Of a stretch of 64,000 bases of DNA, positions 41,892 through 53,850 are shown in pieces (position 1 is the stretch's first letter; each line of letters starts with the position of its first letter). A program made the position numbers and the translations under genes. Under the pieces are notes generated by a model, which saw only the letters and a list, made by a program, of their open reading frames with translations, was not told the DNA's origin and did no database searches. Source of the DNA: Girardia tigrina (lineage: Eukaryota); NCBI GenBank assembly GCA_001938485.1, contig MQRK01187445.1:86164-150163 (forward strand), written 5' to 3'.

Positions 41892-43639
41892 GTAATCGTA
41901 GAATTCATAATATTACAATATCATTTATTAATGTTTTATATTGTTAATTATTTATTAATGTTATTTAAGTTATTAATGTATATTTCTATTTTCTAGTACT
42001 TCTTAAAATTTATAGAAAATATACCTAAAGCAAATCGTAATATAATGCATCTCTACATTATAATGGACACTGTAATAGTCTAGTGACAACAACGCGTATT
42101 TTTTTTATTTTTTCTCATGTAAACATTTCGTAGTTTTTGTATGAATCTGACAACTTTTTGTTCGCATGTAAGTCATATTTTTTCTGTGATATGCTTTGTT
42201 TTTTTTGTGTTAATCCCTGTATCATATTATCATATTTTTTTATTTTTCATTTATATTTATATTTTTTATTTTTATTCAAATTCGGTTTTCAAGAAGAGAT
42301 GGAAACAAAGAAATGAAAGAGTAATTGGGACAGTGGGCAGTCAAGAGCAGTGTATCTCAGAAATAAGAAGAGAAGAAGATAATTATGATAATTTAATTAA
42401 GAAGGTTAAATTATCATATAATTAAAATTATAGTTTATGTTGTGATTGCATGATTTCAATTTGAATTTAAAAATTCAAATTGGAATCAATACATAAATTA
42501 TAATTTACCATAGTTTTACTTACGAAGCAGACAGTTTCAATTAATTAATGGCATTGAATTCGTACTACCAGTCTTAGCCAATTTTTGACGAATTTTTGTT
42601 ATATTTTGTTTTATGACAATCCACGATATTTGACTAAAACTTGACGAAACGAGATCAATTCTATATATCTCTATTGTGAAAGATATTCGAAATTTGCTCT
42701 GGTTCTTATTAAAACTATCAGACAGTTTTCAACCCTGTGAGTAACTGTTATACAAATTAAAGTGTTTATAGTTAAAACCAGATTCGTATTTTTATTTATT
42801 TGTTAATGTAATTTTTATCGGTAACCTTCTAAACAGGTTCATTAAACTATACTTAGTTTGGTTAATCTGTTTAGTTCCTTCTTTACAATAGTAAATAAAA
42901 ATAATAGTCCTTGGGGATTTGAGGAACGAATTCTTTATTTTATAGACACTAATAAGACTATTCATATAAAATAAATTTTCAAATTACAAAAATAATAATT
43001 TTAACTCTATCAGTGATAATATTCATTCATTAGTATCGTTTATTATTTTTCTAAATAATAAAGAACATAAATTTGAAAATAATTGTTAATATACAATAAA
43101 ATAAAATATAATAAAATAAAATACAAATATAAGATTATAATTTATCTTACATAAATTTATTAAAATTTAAATGAAACAATTTTTTTTCAAAAGAAATTAA
43201 TTCAAATTATATTTTTTCGTCGTTTTGTATTATCATTTTTCAGATAAACTTAACTGTTTTGAGTAACTGGGTTTGCAGACACTCCAAATAATTAGGTAAA
43301 ATACTTTTTTGCTACAAAATAAAGTGGGCGATTTTCTTTTCCTATTCATAACAGTATATGAGACAGTCAATTTTTGGATGATTAATATAATTAGTCAGGT
43401 TTTAATATTTAAATTATCAAAGTCTATCTAAATATTTCTAAAAATAAATATTTTCAATCTCTAAAAATTTCAATCAAAAACACAAATAATTTTTTAACAT
43501 TGATTTATCTTTGAGAAGTATCGTTCATAATGGAGTCAGTTTAAATCTCCAGGTTTCAAATCTGAATTCATAATTTCAACTAATTGAATATATTTATTAT
43601 TTTCTATCTTTTTGAATACTTAAACAAATTAATAAATAA

Positions 43640-45340
43640 TTACAACTTTCCTCTTTTATAATTCGTTTTTAATTTTCTTAATCCACTCAATATGCTTCCA
43701 TCTGACAAATTATGTAGTTTCAATTGGTTGGGGGATATATGCCTTGTAATTTGATACTGTCCATCGAATGTGAATTCGTAATTTCTCTGTTTCGTAAGAT
43801 CTTGTTTTACAAAGATTTTCTGACCATCCTCGAAATGTCGATCTGTTCTCTTCTCTCTCTCCCAATTTTCGATTCCTCTTGTCGCTTTCTCTAAATTCTC
43901 CTTTACCTTCATCTTAATCACGTTGCTCTCTTCGATATTAGCTATTCCTGCTGCCGCATGTAGATGTATTTTTCTACCAAACACAACTTCGAATATCCTG
44001 TCGAACTCTGGACTGTTGCATTTAGATAGAATTCTATCTTCGGAACAATTTGCGACCATGATCGATTGTCTGTCTCCTCTGTTTGTTACTATCATGTCTT
44101 TTACTGTTTGAATGTTTCTTTCTGCAAGCCCGTTTGATTGATATTGATATGGGCTACTAAATCTTTGTTTAATTCCATATCTCCTGCAAAATTCTCTAAT
44201 GTTCCGCCAGAAAAATATTTTCCATTGTCTGATAATATTGTTTTTTGGTTTCCATATCTATGTATCTATTTGATAAACACGCATTGAACTATGTTATCTT
44301 CGTTTTGAGCTCCACCATGATCAATAAATATGAGTACATGCTATTCTTGTCACCCACACATGCGATGTCCATCACGAATTGCTTTAAAAACTCGTCACTT
44401 CTTAATGGAATCAGCTTCTTTTTTGTTTTTTCGCTTGGAATCTTTTGACGTATGCATTCCTGACATTTTCCGATAACAATTTGCACCTCTGTTGCTAAAT
44501 CTGGTAGCATAAAATTATTTTGTATGTAATTTATTTGTCTTTATGATTCCTACATGGCATAAATTTCTGTGTATTTTCCTGATGAAATCTCTTTTAATTT
44601 GCTTCGGAACAAATGGTAGCACACAATTTCCTTCTTGCTATTCAATAACCCATTCTGATAAACTAATTGGTCCTTTAGTTGTAATAAATCCTTGGTTATT
44701 TCATTGTTTTCTTCCTCTACCCTTTCTTGTATTTGTTTCAACTGGTTCAACTCTGAGCACTTTCCTTGTTCGTCTTTTATTCCTTAAATTGTAGACTGAA
44801 TCATCACTGTATTGATATGTTTCACCCTTACTTTTGTTGATTTTGGTGTTGGTTTCTTCGTGTTTTGTTTAACATTGTGCACAGAAGTCGTGATAATCCA
44901 TCTGCATTTCCATGTTCGTAACCTTTTTATATTTCAAATCAAATTTTAAATCCGCAATGTTCTCTAACCATGTCTGGAATTGAGGAGTAATGGGTTTGGT
45001 GGTACTCTTTATATACCAGTGCTTTATGATCAGTTCTTGTTGTAAATCGCTTGCAATATAAATATTGCTTAAATGTAACATGAACTCTTGTAAAGCTAAT
45101 AATTCTTTTCTTATCACACAGTACCTTTTTCATGTATGGTTAAAGTCCTCGAAGTATACGCGATTACTACTTTTGTCTCTTCTGAAATCAGACTTAATAC
45201 TGCTCCTATTTATCCGGATGATACATCGGTATCTAAGATGAAATTATTATTCGGGTTCACATATGCCAATATGGGTGCACCACAAAGCTTTTGCTTCAAC
45301 TCGTTAAAACTTCTGTGCACTTGTCTGACCAAAATATTTC
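43640..45340 (-). mobile_element. Decayed Ty3/Gypsy pol (RNase H, integrase)
   Basis: FILDTD.SG..GAVLS, KKYC...KELLA, RTDHKAL, KCQEC, MDIA, LSDNG, FSSPYQYQSNGLAERNIQTVK and FDGQYQI. Confidence 0.85.
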
Positions 45341-47834
45341 TTTACATTTTCCGCTACATGCACTGTGAAACGATGCTGAGCCTGTCGAAACAATAAATCA
45401 CTCTTCTTTGAAGGATCAGGTAAAACTTCGAAAGCATGACACATGCACTGATTGGTGAGGTCACTGTTGCAATCATCACAATAAACATTTTTCGGTGGTA
45501 AATAGTACGTATTGTCGTGGTCTCATTGCATTCGATTGGTAAAATCGCCACTGAATTCAAATCATTGATCACCGAGAACTGTTGTTTAGGAACGAACGGA
45601 TTCGAAAAACAATTAAATCGACTATGTTACGACAACGACGATGAAGAAGATTTCGAGTTGCCGTTATTCGCGAACGACGTATTCGACGATTTGATGTCGA
45701 GTTTCATGCGATTCAAATAATCGATTATTAAATTCATTGAGAGTGAAATTTCGGTCATTATTGAAATCAATCAACAAATTCGTTTATTTGTGAAAATTAT
45801 ACATCAGCAAAAACAAATTCTAATTCCAAAAAAGTCACGTATAATAATTATTTAATTTTCAAAAAAAATTCCCGCAAAATCATTCATTTTAAACTAAAGA
45901 AAATCGTTCACAAAAATGAATATTAAAAAATTAATCAGTCAAATTTTTTAACCAAGACAGTAATAATGTTCAAAATGAACATCGTTCAAAATTAAAATTT
46001 TTTTACTTTATTTTTTTTTATTTATTTTGAATATTTTTTGTAAGCTTAATTATTATTTCATTTTAAAATCTTTTATTTAACTTTTAATTCTTTTAATTGT
46101 CTCAAAACCTATTTATAACATATCAATTATATACATGTATACAAACAAGCAAAAAAAGCAATAATATTTTCCAGGGATTATCATTTACAAAATGTCTTGA
46201 GATAAGAAAGAGAGATGACAGAATCTGATTTATATAAAAAATAATATTTTTTTAAGATATAATAATTTTAAAATTGAATCGTGAACAGTGAAGTTGTTTC
46301 AATTTTTGTACCATTTTATCCATATTTGGCTCAATTTTGGTTGTTGTTTTTCTTAATATGGCCTCTAAATAAGTATAAGTTAATCGCAATCTTTTATATA
46401 CATATAGAGCATTTGAATTGCTAATTATTTTAATTATTGAATTTATTTTTGATTTAATTGTTTGTAAAAATTTCGTGCATTTTTTTCTTTTTTGAATATA
46501 TTGCACAAAACTTGGTCACTCTACAGGTCAATTAACTCAAGTTGAAGATAACTTTGTGTATAACTATTTTTATTATTACTGGGCTCCTAATTATTGACAA
46601 AGATCTCTCGAAAACAAAGACATCTACTAACTTCAGTAATTCAATTATTAATGTTATCTTTGTTCTGGCTGATTCTTTTATCAGTAGCACAATGAATTGT
46701 GTGTTATATTTGAAAATGATTCAATATTTTGTCATTTAAAATTGATGGAAAATGTTTAATTCCTTGTCAAATGCATTTAAATGTTTGATCATGAGCATAA
46801 ACATTTTCCCTTGCAAAATTTTATTAAACTCATTGAAATAATTTAAAATGTCTACTGAAAAATGCGAAATCGCGAAACCAGTCTTCATCTAATAAATTTG
46901 AAAAATTATTGTTGTTTTTCAAATTTAAAAATATAATTTGCAATCAATATAATAAACATTGCAAACCATGTAAAAAAATTATTGATCAATATAATATTTC
47001 TTTCAATCAACATAATAATACTTGCAAACAATATAAAAATGTAAAATAAGAATAAAATAAATAAGATAAAAATTCCAAAAGATTTGGTGACCCTGGATGA
47101 CTGACCGAGAAAGAAGTCCAAGTAGTGACAAGCATTGTTTTAACATAGTAACTGGGCACCAAATGGGTGTCCACTGAGAACTTTTTGGTACCCAGCCATT
47201 GATTAATAGATGAATTGGGCACCCACCTAGAATATTCTGTTGTGTAGCTCCATCTTCCTCCACTTCCAGATGTAACTGGTTTATCGGATAAATAAACTTT
47301 ATCCTTCTTTATCGCTCGCTCCCCCATTTCGACTCTTAATTTTTACAGCACGGCAAATAGACTGATTCATAAACTCATTATTCTGATGATAATCACAGTC
47401 CCATTTCTATAGATCAAGTTGTGACTGTTCACGTGTACAGTACTTATTTTTTATTCAATGAGAGTTATTCATTGAAGGGTATCAATACTAAAATTTATTT
47501 CCCATATAGTTTGAAATAGATGCATTTCAGAAAAATAGGTTTAATTTTCACGACATTGTCAGAAAGTGGGTGCCTAGTAAAAAACTGTTAAAATATGATC
47601 TGAGTAGTGATAAAGGGATGTACTCGTCTGGAGTCAATTGATTCCTTCCCAGTAAAGTGGTAGAAAGGCCAATGTAGCGTCAAGAAAACGTTGCAGCAGC
47701 TCACCATGGATGTGACTCACACATGGTATGGGAAATTCATGACACTGGTAGATGGAGGCCCGGGGTGGTTCAATGTGTAGAGGAAAATTGTCTGAGAAGG
47801 CGACGTGGACTTATGTACTGGAAATAATTTTAAA

Positions 47835-48233
47835 TTACTTTTGTTGATCCGTTTCTTTCCCAACAAAAAAATCTCCGGCGGGGTCAAGTATTAACGTCCA
47901 TAGGAACGCGCCCCAAAATTCAAGCTCTTCCTCAAAAAATGTAAGACATGTATTGGGTGGAACATGAAGTCTACCTGTTCTATAAAAATTAAGAACAGCT
48001 GAAAAACAGACATAATGCCGGTCAAAAATGGAACTCCCACATTCTTGATCTAATGATTCATGATCTAATGGACATGAAGCGAATTTTGTATGAGGTAACG
48101 ATGATAATACATCTTCAAAAATTTGAAATATATGACCACCGACATTTATTGTCACAATGTCCTTATAATAAATATTTTCATCTCGATAGTTCCAATCCGG
48201 ATAAAGGGGCATCTCTTTCGTCAGTTTACTCAT
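47835..48233 (-). CDS. Voltage-gated K+ channel T1 (BTB/POZ) domain ORF, non-Shaker type; probable pseudogene or isolated exon
   Basis: IVTINVGG..F......L...[37 protein letters not shown] (contains the HX5C zinc motif). No transmembrane or pore exons recognised in the window. Confidence 0.8.
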   Translation of the reverse strand: MSKLTKEMPLYPDWNYRDENIYYKDIVTINVGGHIFQIFEDVLSSLPHTKFASCPLDHESLDQECGSSIFDRHYVCFSAVLNFYRTGRLHVPPNTCLTFFEEELEFWGAFLWTLILDPAGDFFVGKETDQQK

Positions 48234-48632
48234 CGCTTTATATATATTTTCTCGATATATATATATCTTTAATATTATCATTAAAAAATCAATATTTTTT
48301 AATCTTTATTAGTTATCAAATTTTAATTATCATAACAAATTTAATAAAACAAACACATGTAATCATAACCTTTTTATACGGGTTTTCCCTCTTTTTTTAA
48401 CAATTAACATATAATTTTCATTTCAAGTTAACTAAAATAATTTTAAAGTATTTTCTTTCCTTTTTAATTTTTAACATTAATTAATTTTTTATGTAATATA
48501 TATTACATATATTACATATGTAATATATATGTTACATATATAATTTATTGAAATCGGAATTAAAATTTTTCAATAGGTTTTTTTCATATATATAATGAAA
48601 AGAAAGGCCATTTTTAATATTAAATTTATTCC

Positions 48633-48675
48633 CAATACAAACGCGTTTCACCATTTCGGCATCTTCAGTGCAATG
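48633..48675 (-). ncRNA. Second, antisense copy of the minimal hammerhead ribozyme
   Basis: Exact reverse complement of 50053-50095 within the inverted pLTR. Confidence 0.75.
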
Positions 48676-50052
48676 AAATAAAGTGATTAATTGCTATTTA
48701 TATAGTTGAATTTCATTTGATATGGTAAATCTTTTCACCAATATTCCATTGAATGAAACCATTAATTTATGCGTTAAATTATGGGATAATTTGGTAGAAG
48801 ATAAAACTAAGTCATTGAGTAGTAAAGCATTAAGAGAATTATTGGAATTCAGTACTAAAAACGTACCATTTATTTTTAATGAAGAATGGTTTATGCAAAC
48901 TGATGGAATNNCTATGGGTTCACCTTTAGCACCTTTGATGGCCTCTATCTTTTTGCATAATTTAGAACAAAAGTTCAATAATTTTAATGGCGAATTACCT
49001 TTATTTTATACGAGATATGTTGATGACACTTTTCTTATATTTAAAGGTGGAGATAATGTCTCACGCTTTTTAGAGTTTGTAAATGATCTTCACCCTAATA
49101 TCAAGTTTACCTTTGAAATGGAAAATACTAATAAACTATCATTTTTAGATGTATTAATTGAAAGAATGAAAGATAAATATCAGTCTCGAATATATCGAAA
49201 ACCAACTGATACCGGTTTGTACAGTTGTCCAAACAGTTTTTCTGACCCAAAATACAATAGGAACATGATTAAAGGTTTGGTACATAGAGTCTGGGGTTTA
49301 ACATCAACCTTTAAGATATTTGATAATGAAGTTGATGAACTTCATAATAGGCTTTCTAAAAATGGATTTAATAAAAAGTATTTAAATAAAATCATAAAAG
49401 ATACTGTTTAATCCATTTATTTAAAATCAAATAATGCATCAAATATAACTTCGGGAAATGACATTGATAATCAAATGACTATCAATCTAAAATTACCGTA
49501 CTCAGAGAGAGCAAAAGAGTTCAAACGATTTTTAGAACATCGAACACCTGTTGGCTTAAAATTGAGAGTAATCTTTTTAACTAATAAATGCCGGAATTAT
49601 TTCTCCAACAAATCAAAAACTCAGTTGTGTATTAAGGCAAATCTAGTTTATCAATTCAAATGTCACAAGTGCGAAGCCTTGTACATTGGAGAGACAAGTC
49701 GTCATCTCCGCACTAGAATTGCTGAACATACTCAATCGAGTANNNNNNNNNNNNNNNNNNNNNNNNNNNNNNNNNNNNNNNNNNNNNNNNNNNNNNNNNN
49801 NNNNNNNNNNNNNNNNNNNNNNNNNNNNNNNNNNNNNNNNNNNNNNNNNNNNNNNNNNNNNNNNNNNNNNNNNNNNNNNNTCATAAACCATGCTTAAACG
49901 TGCAAGGTGATTCATCTAATCATATTAAAGTTTTTTAAAATATCATTAAAAATATTTTTCTTTTTTTTTAAGAAAAGGAAAAAAAGCATGTTTTTGAGAA
50001 GTATGATGTAATAGTTTTTCAACTATATAAATAGCAATTAATCACTTTATTA

Positions 50053-50095
50053 CATTGCACTGAAGATGCCGAAATGGTGAAACGCGTTTGTATTG
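50053..50095 (+). ncRNA. Minimal type I hammerhead ribozyme in the PLE pLTR
   Basis: cattgca-CTGAAGA-t-gcc gaaat ggt-GAAA-cgcg-TT-tgtattg: CUGANGA and GAAA core, 3-bp stem II, palindromic stem III (ACGCGT), GUU cleavage triplet, imperfect stem I. Confidence 0.78.
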
Positions 50096-52552
50096 GGAAT
50101 AAATTTAATATTAAAAAATGGCCTTTCTTTTCATTATTATTAAAAATGCCATTATCAGTTCTAGATAATATATATATATATATATATATATAATTGTGTT
50201 GTCAAATTAAGATGATGTACTTTAAAATTTATGTTGGAGGGAGAAGAAAACAGAGATAATTAAGAATTTATTAGTTAAAATTACTGTCTTTTTCGCTAAT
50301 AATCTAAAGTTATACATTATGTGGTATGGTTTTAATTATGGTTATAATTCGTAATAGACGTAAAGTAAATATGTATTCTGTTTCAAATCGAGAAATAATT
50401 CTAAAATTCAGGGTTTATTATTTGTATAAAAATTATCCATAGTAACTTTAATTACTATTTTTCTTCAGAAAGGAAGTTTTAGAAGATAACAATATTTTAT
50501 ATAATATTTTAATAATGTATTTTATCAATTTTGAAATAATTCTACTACAATTAAAGTCAGAACAGAGATAACCTGAAAAATAATGATTGTTAAATATAAA
50601 CTTAAATAATATTTTCAATATATTACACAATTATATAAAACCATTTTTTGGACATTATACGCAAATCAGACATCGCATTCCGAAAAATTATTTTCATCAT
50701 CAAGTTTTCAATGTGATTTGGGTTAGCCATGAGAATTGACAGAAATTAAAAAATAATTTTTCAGAAAATTTTTTAGTACAACATGAAAATTAAATAAACG
50801 TGAATTATCCATGATCACTCTCAGACTAATTAACCAACCATTAACAGATCTATCAATCGTCAATTGAGAAAACGAAGTTTCCTCTATCGTTTCGTACTTC
50901 GCACAAGGTAACGGAGACATGATAAAACAATAATTAACAACAAAATGATAATCAATCTGAGACGAAACCTTTCACTCACAATGTGATCCACCAAATTTTA
51001 GTCTTAGCATTACATTAAAAATCTTAAATTCAATCAGGATAAATCAACTGAAATGACTGATCAAATTATATTCTTAAAATCATTTATGCTCTCAACTGTA
51101 ATATGTTTGAATCTGGTGACTATTAACAGTGACTTCAGTTTATTAACAATCAAACAAAGTTAAAAAATCAATCTCTGATAAAATACATTTTTTCTGGATT
51201 TCATATTGTAAATCAAAATCTCTTTTATCACGTTCTTTCACAATACAATTTTGGAATACGACCTTTATAGACTTAAAATCAGATATAAAAGATATTTTAA
51301 AAATCTTTATGTTTGGCATGTTAAAAAAGGAATTGAGGAATTTGCGAATATTTGTTATTACATCTCCTGTATAATTCTTCTAGATAAAAATGTGGAACAT
51401 TTGTTCTCTTTTTTAACTTTAGTTATACTCAAAAGCTCTACAGCAATGATTCAAAGTATGGCTGATATTATCCCTTAAATGCATTCTAATGAAAAGGGGA
51501 GTTAAAGAGACGATGGGATTTAAAGTTTGGATTTTTTGACCATTTATTTATTTTATACGCCATATGATTTTGATCAGTCAGACAAGTAACTTAAAAAATA
51601 ACCGTGGTCAAATTTCCGTACTCCTCTCAAATCAAATTGTAATATTAAGAAATTTCTTTTAATTTATTTAAGAACATGAGCCTCAATTTCCTTATCTCTA
51701 TGTTTGAGGGTTTATAAAAAATCTTCTTAGACTCAATTGTCTTCCTACAAGCGTATGTATTTCTTTCGGTGCTCCAAATCAAAAGATCCATTTTATCATT
51801 AGGGTGTCTTATAGTTATTTCATCCTACTTGATAATAATTTTCAATGATATGTACATACTAAACTAATCAATTATCGCCACAATATAATTTTTCTTTCTC
51901 CAGGTCTCTTTTAGGGGTCCGCATATGTATATACACAATTTCTCAAATGGTTCATAATGGACAAGTGTTATTCGTTATTCTTTTTACTTTTTGGTAGATT
52001 ACACTGTCAAATTACTTTTATTTGTTTTATTCTAGTTCATCATGTCATAATTCTTATCATACAATACAATACAGTATAAATCTGAATGATCGTCGTAATC
52101 TTTTCGATTTCGGTATCCAAATCTGTCTCATGTTGGTTCTTATTATGCTGTCTTCAATCGTAAATTTTGTATCTTTACATGAAGCCTCCGATGCGTTTAT
52201 CTTTTTGATGCCACGAGTCTTGTATCTTCTGTATTTTTGAATCTTTGTGAGCCATCAAGCATTGATGACATACATCACAATTATTCAAAGATAACTTATC
52301 CACACTTGAATGCTCTGTTCCTTTTATACCACATATAATAAAAACATGATTTTCAGTATCGCTTAAAAATTTTGTACGCGAAAACAATTGGTTTTCACTG
52401 AATTGAGCGTGTGTATTAAGTACTACTTTGGAAACACGTGACGTTGCGAATTTTAAACTTTTTACCGCGATTGACCCGCGAATTTTAAATGTTTTTGCTA
52501 CGAAAAATTGACAGCCTTAATTATAACTAATATTAATAAAATGTATTTAAAA

Positions 52553-53210
52553 CAGGTGTAATAAAAGAAGCATTTTTTTCAAAATGTCATCCAAATTAGA
52601 TGTTTAAGTATTCTGATCTTGTTTTGTATGATATTAACATAAATATTTGCCCTAAGGACTCAGTGCGAAAAATATTACTAACTTTAAATCTCTATAACTC
52701 CAACATAAATTCACAAATTACAAAAACCTAATCAAGTAGGCTGTTGTTTGAATAAATCAAAATAAAATTCATTTTAGTATTCATTTTTCATGAATATGTC
52801 GTCAGAAACAGGAAGTCGCGAATTAATTATTCGTTTATTTCAAGAAAATCCACAATCAAGTCAGAATAAAATTGTCAGAAAAGCACAGGTTTGTCAGAAA
52901 ACAGTTTCTAACGTTATTAAAAACTTCAATGAGAACTTAAACGTTTTTAGAAAATATGGTTCGGTAAGAAGAAAGGGTTTTTCGTGTACACAAAATGTGA
53001 AGAAAGTAAAGGCTCTGTTTAAAGAGAAATCATCGTCTACCAAATCGAAAACTGGCGGTAAAGGCAAATTGTAACGAGAAAACAGTTCGGAAAATTAACC
53101 AGTCTGTGAGTTTAAAAGCGCATAAAGTTTAAACAGTACCAGACCGGAACACTAAGAAGAACTTAAAGGCGCAACAGCGAGCTAGAAAGTTAAAATCTGG
53201 TCTTCTTACT
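52553..53210 (+). mobile_element. 5' half of a Tc1/mariner-superfamily element
   Basis: caggtg-initiated end; HTH-type ORF RELIIRLFQENP..SQNKIVRKAQVCQKTVSNVIKNF.....RK.GS.R; truncated before the catalytic domain. Confidence 0.6.
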
Positions 53211-53347
53211 GATGTGTACCCGCATCTCTAAATAACAGAGGAAAGGAGGTACAGATAATTAAAAACTTGATCTATAACGGTGGCACGCCATCGTGGACTC
53301 GGTCTTTATAGAGGTGGTCACTAACTCTGTCGATTGGGATTGAAGAT

Positions 53348-53509
53348 ACTAATTTAATTGCAACCAAGGAACTAATTTCAATAAAGGAACTAATTTCAAC
53401 TAAGGAACTAATCTCAACTAAGGAACTAATCTCAACTAAGGAACTAATCTCAACAAAAGAACCAATTTCAACAGAATATTTAATTTCAACAAAGGAACTG
53501 ATTTCAACA
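53348..53509 (+). repeat. 18-bp minisatellite (AAGGAACTAATYTCAACW), ~9 units
   Basis: Visible tandem array; read as EISSLV repeats in ORF 53272-53556. Confidence 0.95.
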
Positions 53510-53850
53510 GTTGCCTCATACATTGCTTCCAATGTTGTGAATAATCGATTTATCAATATAAAAGCATTTAACTATTGATGTATATAATTTTACTGAATTA
53601 TGAAACAAATAAAATTTAAAATTTCATAGTCAAGATCAACCAAACTACGGTTAATATGAATTCTATGTATTCGAAAACTATTAAAATTATGTAATTTCTA
53701 ACAGATCTGTCTCTTTGATTCAAATAATTATAACTATAAACTGCATAATATGTGATAAGTTAATTAGTACGTTCAACATTACTACATTTACAGAATGAGA
53801 CGCTTACACAAGATGTTAGCATGATCATATAATTTTAACGATGTAAATAA

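Larger units (their letters stand above)
48592..50137 (+). mobile_element. 5'-truncated Penelope-like element (RT plus GIY-YIG) bounded by inverted pLTRs
   Basis: RT motifs FDMVNLFTNIP, MGSPLAP, RYVDD, LSFLDV and YRKPTDTG. After one in-frame TAA comes the GIY-YIG domain LVYQFKCHKCEALYIGETSRHLRTRIAEH. 48592-48710 is the reverse complement of 50018-50137 (one mismatch, one indel). Confidence 0.93.

Noticed and set aside
50640-52520. Possible decayed Cys-rich DNA transposon ending in GGCTGTC/TTAA
   Set aside because: Too degraded to assign a family or a second terminus.
53348-53509. Regular repeats as a possible CRISPR array or repeat protein (EISSLV)
   Set aside because: Head-to-tail 18-mers with no unique spacers, no cas genes, eukaryotic context.
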